Positions 52,680 through 60,916 of a stretch of 60,916 nt of DNA are shown here, one piece after another; position 1 is the first letter of the stretch; the number at the start of each line of letters is the position of its first letter. The position numbers were made by a program, and so were the translations under genes. The stretch is from NCBI GenBank assembly GCA_050575255.1, contig JBNZDD010013703.1:7203502-7264417 (forward strand), in the 5' to 3' direction. This DNA is from Harriotta raleighana (taxonomy: Eukaryota). Under the pieces are notes generated by a model that was not told the origin of the DNA, ran no database searches, and was given only the letters and a program-made list of their open reading frames with translations.

Positions 52680-55010
52680 GTGTGTATGGGTGGAGGTGGG
52701 GGGAGGTGGCTGTAAGCAAGGTCACAGAGGAAACTTTTCAGTTGGGACTTGAAAAGGGGGAGAGAAAGGGCAAGGTAGAAGGATTGAGCGAGGATGTGTT
52801 TCCAGGGGGTGTAGTGGTTGAAAGTGCAATTGCCAATGGTTGGGTGGAGGTTACAAGGGACTAACAGAAGGACATTACCAGTTGAGGGGAGGTGGATTGG
52901 GGAGTGAGGAGGTCAGATAGGTAGGGAGGTGCCAGGGAGTGAGGATTTCGAAGTCGATCTGTTCAGTGTTGAAAAGCCAGTGGAGCCTGGCCAGTACCGG
53001 TGAGATGTAGGTATGGAGTTTGTTCTAGGTCAGAATGCAAGCAGCAGATTTCTGAATCAGCTGGATTTTTTTGATTGGTGGAGCTGGGCAGACGGGCAAA
53101 GAGCATTTTAGAGTAATTCAGGTGGGTGGTAAAAACCGAATCACCACTGTTTTGGCTTTGTTTGGGCTAAGGTATCCTTGGGATAAAGGTTCACCATCTC
53201 TCTGATGTGAAAGACGCTCTATAAATGTAATTTTATTTGTTGTTTGTTGTTGTAAGGTATAGTCACAGGATGGCAATGTGTCAGAGGTGGAACAAGGAGG
53301 TACTGGTCAGGGAATGCAAGAGGGCGAGAAAGGACAGGTGGGGGTCGAACTGGACACCTAGACTGCACGTTGGTTCATTGAGTTTGAGGGAAAGCCCAGC
53401 AAGGTTAAGGAAATGAGAGTGAAGACTTTGATGGGATGCCCAAGCCACGGCTTCAATCATGTCCATGTTCAGCTGCAGAAAGTTTACATTCATCCAGGCC
53501 TTTATGTTTGCCAGACAAGCTGATAGAACATCAGCAGACCTGGAGCTGCTACTAGAAGAGGCAAAGCAGATTTGTGCGTCATCTGCAAACGTGAAAGGTT
53601 ACCTCGTGTCTGTGTATGACTTTGCCCAGTGGGAGCATATAGACAACGAAAAGAAGACAGCTAAGGTTAGAGCCCTGGGGTACCACACAGGTGACCTGGT
53701 GGGTCAGGGCGGTGGGAGGAGAAACTATTTGCTGAAATGAAATGGAGGCAGTTGGTTATGTTGGACTCAAACCATGCGAGTGCAGTCCCACGAAGGTAGA
53801 TGAGGGAGGAGAGGTGATGGAGGAGGATGGAATGGTCAGAGAGATCGAACAGGACAAGGAGGCAGAGGTAGCTCTGGTCACAGATACAGAGAATGTTGTT
53901 TGTGACTTTGACAAGGGCGGTCTCTGTGCTGTGGCCAGGCATCAACCGACTGCAGGGGCTCGAGGAAGAATTGGAGAGACAGGTGTGACTAAAGTTGATC
54001 TGTAACAAAGCATTGCAGGAATTTTGCAAGCAAAGGTAGGTTGGCAGTAGGGCAATAGTAGAATACATTAGAGCGATTGAAGATGGATTTTTTGAGGAGG
54101 GCTGTGACAACAACAGTTTTTAGAGAGAGTGGAACAGAGCCTGATGGAATAACTGGTTGACCATGTTGTCCAGCAGGAGGAAGAGAAGGGGGAGTTGAGT
54201 GACCAGTAGCTGGGTGGGAAGCAGGGCCAGCGCTCCATTTAGGTGAACTAGGCGGTCGCCTAGGGTGCCAAAATTTGGGGGGCACCGTCCTTGGTTACAG
54301 AGCATGTACGGTTTGCCTCACACGGTGAAAATCACTGCTGGCGTCTGCTGGCGTATAGTGGTGGAGGTGTGGGAGTTACCAGTAAGTTGACCTGAGAATG
54401 CTTAACACTTAGATAAAACAGAAGTATGTTTCATAAATAAATAAATGTGTAATAATTACCATTATTTCATTGATAATTAATGATATGAATTTTTAGTATT
54501 AATATTATCTTATCAAAAGTTACGAGGGGGCTCACATCTGCAGGCTCGCCAAGGGCGCCAAATACCCTTGTGCCGTTCCTGGTGGGGAGGGGTTCAAGAC
54601 AGCAGATGGTGAACTTCAGATGAATGATTGTGGTTGAGAGGGATGAGGGAGAAATGGGGGCAGGAAGGGGGGTATCTCATGAACTGCGATGGAGGGGGAA
54701 GGTGGTGTGAAAGGTCTGGGTGGGGTGCAAGGAGACCAGGGATGGGTTGAATATGTGGGAGTGAGGTCAGGGGATGATACAGACAAGTGGATGTTTTCGA
54801 TATTTGAAGGGAAGAAGTCAAGGACCTCTTCACACTCTGATGTGAGGAAAGAGGGAGCTTGAGAGGATCCATGGAGGAGGTGATGGATGGTGGAAAATGG
54901 CATTTTTGGATTGTACTTTGCCTCCAAGATGACTTTGGAGTAAAAGTAAATTTGGGGCTGTGAAAGGTAGAGGTGATTTCCAAGGATTTCAGGGCTATGG
55001 AATTCATCAA
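52680..55010 (-). mobile_element. Old L2 ORF2 fragment
   Basis: GHSTETALVKVTNNIL...LVLFDLS, GTPGL, FADDAQI and MNVNFLQLN motifs on minus. Confidence 0.85.
54222..54581. mobile_element. Non-autonomous hAT (Tip100-like) element nested in L2
   Basis: Termini CAGGGCCAGCGC / GTGCCGTTCCTG; subterminal gcctagggtgcc and gccaagggcgcc; 8-bp TSD gtgggaag / gtggggag. Confidence 0.8.
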
Positions 55011-56289
55011 TCCGCCCAGTCTTTTCTTCCTCATAAAATACACAAGCTTTTAATCAGAAGCTGGATCCCACTTCATTACTTCTTCTAGACTTACATTGCT
55101 TCAGTCATGAAAGGAAATGTCTCTGATTGAATTTATAAAGATATATAAATTTTAAATGGGATTGAAAAGGTAAACCAAGAACAATACTGTTGGATGCTCC
55201 AAGACATTGGGACAAGAGGACATAGGTTTACAATTATGAAAAGCAATTTCAGGACAGGCACCAGGACGTTTATCTTTACACAGAGGGTATTTAATGATGG
55301 AAACAGTTTGCCAGGAAAGGTGATTGAGGTCAGGACACAGAACTCACAAAAAAAAAAATCTGATGCTATGATGAGAAGATGGTTGGGTGGGTATTCTGGA
55401 AGGACAAAACCAAAAGGGCCAAAGAGCTTTCTTCATCCAAACCAATCTTATGATCTTTTGCTTCACTTCTGTTCTTTCAACTTTGGTGGACTTTTGCCTG
55501 AGGTTCTCAAGTTATATGTAACAATGCCCAACTCTGCTACTATGTTACCTTTTCTGTCACGTTAGCAAGACTCTCATCTATGCTTTTATCACATCTATAC
55601 TTGACTGTACTAATGTCCTGGTCACTCAATTCCCCACAGGCTTCCTTACACAAACTGCAGAATATTGAGAACTCTACAGCCAATGTCCTCTCCCATATCC
55701 TTGCTTGAATCCCCTGGCTTCCCATCCCAAAATGGATTGAATTCAAGATCCTCTTCCTCATCTTCAAATCCCCCCATGATCTGGCCAACCCTACATCTGT
55801 AACCTTTTTAAAATTGATCTACCTGGCTGCTCCCTTTTCTTAAGAAACTAGCCAGCTTTACATCCCTTGCTCTATCTGCTCTAGGTTGTTTAACCACCCT
55901 CACATGATCTTTTAGCTATTTTGGCACCACTCTCTGTCACCATCCTGGATTCCTTTTGACTCGCTCACTCCCTTTCCTCATTCTGGTTCAAGCTCCACAT
56001 TGAGATTTGAAATTACATTGTCTAAGATGATACTCTAATGCTATGTTGTGGAGATGTTGCATTGTTGGATGTGTCATCCTTTGCATAAGATATTAAACCC
56101 TCTGCTTGTCTAGCCAGTCCCATCTGCCTGTTCCGATTGAGATATCTCAATGATAAAATGCTATATCAAATTCAAAGATGATTATTATTCAATGCCCATC
56201 CCAAAGAGTACATTTAGATTGTGCTCTGAGTCAAATTTCCCCTTCCCACCACCTCGGCTGATACCCAAAGCTAGGGTGCCCAGCCAGCT

Positions 56290-56620
56290 GTGTCAAGCAC
56301 CTTGACATTTTCTCCTGAATGTCTTTTTTTTGATGAGTTGGGTGTCTGCCACATTTGGAAACCCATCATCATGGTTAACAGGATCCAAATCAAGCTGAGA
56401 TTTCTAATCATCCCATCTACACATGGAAATCCCAGAAATAGATTGTTGGTATGGAAGGCGTTCTCTTTCAGTGGAGGGACACACTCTGCTTACATAATTC
56501 CAGAAAATATTAGACACAAGTTGGCAAGAGGCAAGGCTTGGGGAAACCATAGTGTGTGTTGGGGTACTGATGGAGTAAACCACAGGTTGCTGTTGATATT
56601 GCCATCATTCTGATGGCAGC
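56290..56620 (-). pseudogene. Decayed coding-derived segment homologous to 59590-59930, probably Harbinger transposase
   Basis: Shared blocks such as caagag.caaggcttgggga and ccat.ta.acatggaaat; GFPCVDG on minus (cf. GFP.C.GAIDG). Confidence 0.5.
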
Positions 56621-57062
56621 AGAGCCTTGGAAGATTGTCTCTGGACTACTGAGAAGGTCAAAGATGGCTGGGTCAATTCTGACATTACGTTGCCAAGTAT
56701 CTTACCGTCAAACCAGTTCAGCTCCATTGAGACCTTAATGTGAAAGGCACCATATAAATGTAAATTGTATTATATGTAGCAACTAATCAGGAGAAACCCT
56801 CTCCATGTTTAAATTTCACATGTTCTCAGTTGAAGTTAAAGGGAGCAGAATAAAATCACATGTAAAATAAGTCACGCTTTTCATCTGAAAGACTAACACT
56901 TCTGTGTATTGTTGTTTTGAAGTTGTACAAAATATGCTTCCATAAACTGCAGGGGTTAAAGTTCCTGAAATAAACTGTCTGTTCAATAGGGTCAGAAATG
57001 AATAGATGAAGATGAGGGATTGCTGCCACCAAGCAGAAAAATTGCACATTTTATGTGTGCCA

Positions 57063-57196
57063 GTTAATTACAGCACTTCAGAGCTGCTTCTGAAAGGATA
57101 AGGCAACTGCATAAATTTAGCGGTAATCCAGGCAGGCAAAACTAATTTGCAGGGGATGGTCTTATCTAACCGCTGCAGCTTTCTGAGAAAATTAAC
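57063..57196. repeat. Decayed palindrome, probable ancient MITE
   Basis: Nested inverted blocks gttaatt/aattaac, agctgc/gcagct, gataag/cttatc, ctgca/tgcag around about 57130. Confidence 0.65.
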
Positions 57197-59284
57197 CTTG
57201 GATATTCGGGGCCCAATTCAAAAAGCCTTTGATTTTTTTCTCTTTCGGCCTGCTTAGCGTATGAGAATTCTTAACTCAATACAATACCTGACTTTTAAGA
57301 GGTACTCCTAATGCTTTAGGAAGTTCAGAGCTATTACTAGCAAAGCACAAAATATCGGTCTTCATGCCCGTTTTCCCAGCTCCTTCTATATGCATATCTG
57401 AAATGCATGTCATATTGGAATTTAAGCTGGATGCAAAACATTTGAATGTACTTAATAAAATTCATCAAAGTTTATTATGGAACTAGCCATGCATACTTAC
57501 TTGTTCTTTTACTTATGAAGAAAAATCGGTGCCATAAAAATCTGTGAGTGTAATGAAGTGTCTTAGTTAAACTGTCTGTCACTACAACTACAATTTACTC
57601 GAAGTCATCCTTTTTATTTCAATATAAATTGTTTCTGGGTACAACAATTAAATGTTATCTTTGATTCAGAGCTGTCATTGTTTAAAACAGGACATCATTT
57701 TGTAAATATGGTGTATTAGCCACATATATTCATCTTTTCCACCCCTAAAACTATAGAAACCACTTGTGCTTCTTGATGGCGTATCCCACAGTTAAAACTG
57801 CTCATTACTATCTGTAGTATTCTAAACTCTGGATTGTATGATATTTCAGCCTAAGGAGAAGCCTGTTCTCCTTATTCCCTCCATGCTCACTGACACAATA
57901 ACAATAGGAATGATAAACCTTAACCACTTGACCGCCAGCAAACTGGCTCTGAGAGCCAGCGCAGACTTGATGGGCTGAATGACCTCCTTTTGTGCTGTAA
58001 ATTCTTCTGATTCTATGATTATCTGGTTCTTTCCTGTGCAAAGCTGCTACAGTGACACAGCACTATAATTAAAAATTATTGCAATATCATAAGAGGGATA
58101 GAAGTTCGTAGCAAGCAGAGAAGTATTAGTGAGAATTTTGTTTAAGAAACTGATAGCTGGAATATACCTGCAATAAAAATGGAAACTGCTGGATATACAC
58201 AGCAGATCAATCAGCAACTGAAAGACCAAGGCAGGTCATCACTTTGGGTATGATAATGTAGGAACTCAATTGAAGTTCGCAGCATCTTCTAGCTTTGGTG
58301 AACCTTTGCTGCAGATAGTGAAACATTGGGAAGCACTTGGCTATTCATTAGTGAATACTAGCCGTTTCCGGGGCTGAATAAAGATGTCCAGAAATATGTC
58401 GCATTTTATTGTGAGCTGCTCATCATGGCTTCAGAAATACCTAGGTAACTGGAGTGAATTGTCTCTATTAAGAATGCGTAGGTCACTTTTCAACTCACTG
58501 TAAATTTGGTTGTATAGGTTGATTGACTCAACATATCACAATTATAAAACCATTGTTAAGCATGTATTCAACCTTCACACTGGATTCAAAAGCATGTTGG
58601 ATATATTCACAGTATATAATTACAACATTTAATGGGGGTAATAATAATCCTATAATAATCCTAATATTTGATATAACACCCTTCACATCTTGGGAATGTC
58701 TCAAACAACTTCACAGGATACATTGTAAAGTCCAGTGACTGTTTATTCTGTCGGCGAATGTAAAAGCTATTTGGCACACATCAATGTTCCATAAAGAGTG
58801 AATGACCAATTTTATCTGAGGGACACCTTTTCTTTCTGGATAGCAGGAAAAGCACATACTTTTCAAATATTGTAGTGCTATGAGATCTTTAATATACGAC
58901 AACATTATTTAATTTATTAATTATTTGTCAGTTTAGCGAAAAAAAATGTTGCAATAATATAAACCTATGTTTCCTAGTCCCTATCTTTTAAGTGTGAAGT
59001 TAATGCAGGAGTAATGTCATCCTATGTCTTCTTAAGATTTGCAAAATAATGTAAAATAAAGTTTTCTTAGAATCAGTGTTGATATGAGAAATAAACACAA
59101 CAGATCTGAATTGAATCACAGCAATTTTCAGTCTCTATCTTTTTTACATCTATTTACATTAACTCATAATTATTTACATCTTAAATACTGAATTGGTTTG
59201 TTTTAACCCGTAACTTACATCAAAAGAAAGAGATGATATTTGCTAGTTTTCTGGAAGGCGATGACAAACAATTTTAGCAATAGG

Positions 59285-59930
59285 ATTATTTCATAAAGTG
59301 TATTTAGTGACTATTAGCTGGAAATGCTGAGAATTTGGGATACTGCTGTTTGCACATTTGCTGAACATGATCCAAGAGTTAAAAAGGCATTCATGAGCTG
59401 TTACTCTTTCATCTGTCTTAGACAATAGAACTGATGAGCTGCCTCCTCTGTCAAAGTCATCCCACTTCACAAGCTGAAGACTGGAGCCAAGTACAAAATG
59501 CACAACACTACGAATAATCATCTGATAGAGAAAAATAAGTTAACATTCTGGGTGTTACGTGGAATCCGAAGAGGAACGTGAAGCTCCGAGAGAGGATTTT
59601 ATTTGGGTGAGTCGGTTGTTTGAAACATGTGGAAATTCATTGTTGTAGTTACAAGTGTCCAAACCAAACTGACAATTTCCATATAATCTGAGATGTTTCC
59701 CCACATGAAAGTCAATATACTAATGCAGGTTTACGGTGTTTGTTGCTGCCATTTATACATGGAAATTTCTCTGTGTCTGGAATGAAATTCACACACTCTC
59801 CTTGGAGGAATACACCTGCTTGCATAATTATGAAGAGCATCAGGCAAGATTGACAAGAGCCAAGGCTTGGGGACATCAAAGTGTGTGTTTCGGTATTCCA
59901 GAAGTTTATCCATCCAAAGGTTGATCCCTT
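59285..59930 (-). pseudogene. Longest decayed PIF/Harbinger transposase-like relic
   Basis: Ordered: YRNTHFDVPK, FPCING.NKH, HFVLGSS..LVKW, YCL...NAFLTLGSC, LIV....L*N (cf. FP.CIGA.DGKH, LGD.AYPL..W, YRL...NAFG.LK.R, IV.....LHN). Confidence 0.55.
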
Positions 59931-60705
59931 ATCTTTCTCGTTTGGAGATAAAAGTTAAGCACTGCATCAGGCTGACTGATATGCTTAGCCTACATTACAT
60001 TTTATTATGGATGTTTATGCATGCTTATGTGTACAAACATACACACAGTACAGACCAGTGCCTTGGGATGTCCTCCCGACATGAAAGGAGCTTTACAAAT
60101 GTAATTTTGTCGTTGTTAACATCTGCTTCTTCAATGTCACCACCTTTTGCCAGGATTATAATCGTGAAATAATAAAGCTGCTGTCGTGAGTTTGCAGGTA
60201 GAGGCAACATTTTCCACAATTTCCCATTGTATTTAGCTTCCAATCTCAGGACTATGCTCCTCCCCACATTCAATCATCAACCCATAATTTCTAAGAAATG
60301 TTTTGGTGTCTTTAATGCATTTCTTTCATAAAATAGAAACCAGCCATAACGTTGAATCCAGCAATATATTTATCCCTTCACAATAAATGATTTGGTAAGT
60401 CCCAGAGCATCAATTACATTGCTTACTATCCCTGTGAGGAAAAAGCCGATTAAATATTATGAAAGACAATGATTCATCGCATCCAGAAATGTTTCTCCTT
60501 TAACAAGCAAGAGCCCACTTTAGGCACGTGTTCACAATAAATCAAGCTACTGTAGTAGGGTGAAAATTGTGATGCGTGTACATTGATTGGCTCTATTTAG
60601 CATTTTGAAACAACTAGAATTTGTAATTTTTTAGACACAGCTGTAAGTTTGAAGGTTTTGTATAAGTTTTTTTTAATTGTTCAAATCATTATTGTCGCTT
60701 AGTTT

Positions 60706-60916
60706 ATCAATCAATCAATCAAAATCAAAATTTTATTTATATAGCGCCTTTCACGTCGGGAGGACGTCCCAAAGAGCTGTACAGCCAAGTAGGGGGGGAG
60801 GGCTCAGGGAAAGGAGTAGGAAAAATTGACTGTATATTTGTGGGCGAAACGCGGCAGCCAAATTGCGCACAGCAGTGTCCCACAAACACACACAGAAATG
60901 GGGGAAAAAAGGGGGG
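60706..60916 (-). mobile_element. Young SINE-body/L2-tail chimeric retroelement with (TTGA)n tail, cut by window edge
   Basis: SINE body 60826-60888 joined through a pyrimidine linker to the L2 3' stem-loop and (ttga)n; CpGs intact. Confidence 0.75.

Noticed and set aside
56290-56620. GPCR (V1R/T2R), LRRC8-like or Gypsy integrase pseudogene
   Set aside because: Only isolated residue matches; the homologous 59-kb copy shows a more complete ordered set of Harbinger-like motifs.
59291-59521. Minus-strand terminal exon after a good acceptor (ttctctatcag|ATG); a similar case lies at 42729-42938
   Set aside because: No host protein recognised; better explained as part of transposase relics, although exonisation is not excluded.
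1-60916. CRISPR array or prokaryotic operon-type system
   Set aside because: Eukaryotic repeat-rich DNA with no regularly spaced repeat-spacer units and no gene-dense ORFs.

Overview
AT-rich vertebrate genomic DNA. The repeat repertoire (tRNA-headed DeuSINEs, L2 LINEs with (GTT)n tails, CR1 LINEs, Penelope-like elements, AmnSINE2-like copies) points to a cartilaginous fish, possibly a chimaera; this is inference. I find no supportable host protein-coding exon, tRNA, rRNA or CRISPR array, so the window is probably intronic or intergenic. Almost all listed ORFs are antisense or off-frame reads of LINEs and SINEs. Identifiable contents: many SINE copies (including tail-swapped and longer forms), L2 and CR1 fragments, an inverted Penelope-like element with decayed hammerhead-like cores, and non-autonomous Tigger/pogo-like and hAT elements with TIRs and TSDs. 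There is a 156-N gap and a probable false 1022-bp duplication around a single N. The least obvious signal is a set of about 8-12 heavily decayed PIF/Harbinger transposase-like fragments hidden in apparently unique DNA. SINE orientation also flips near a CCAAT cluster at about 13.3 kb. Family names come from recalled consensus features, not database searches, and boundaries of decayed elements are approximate.
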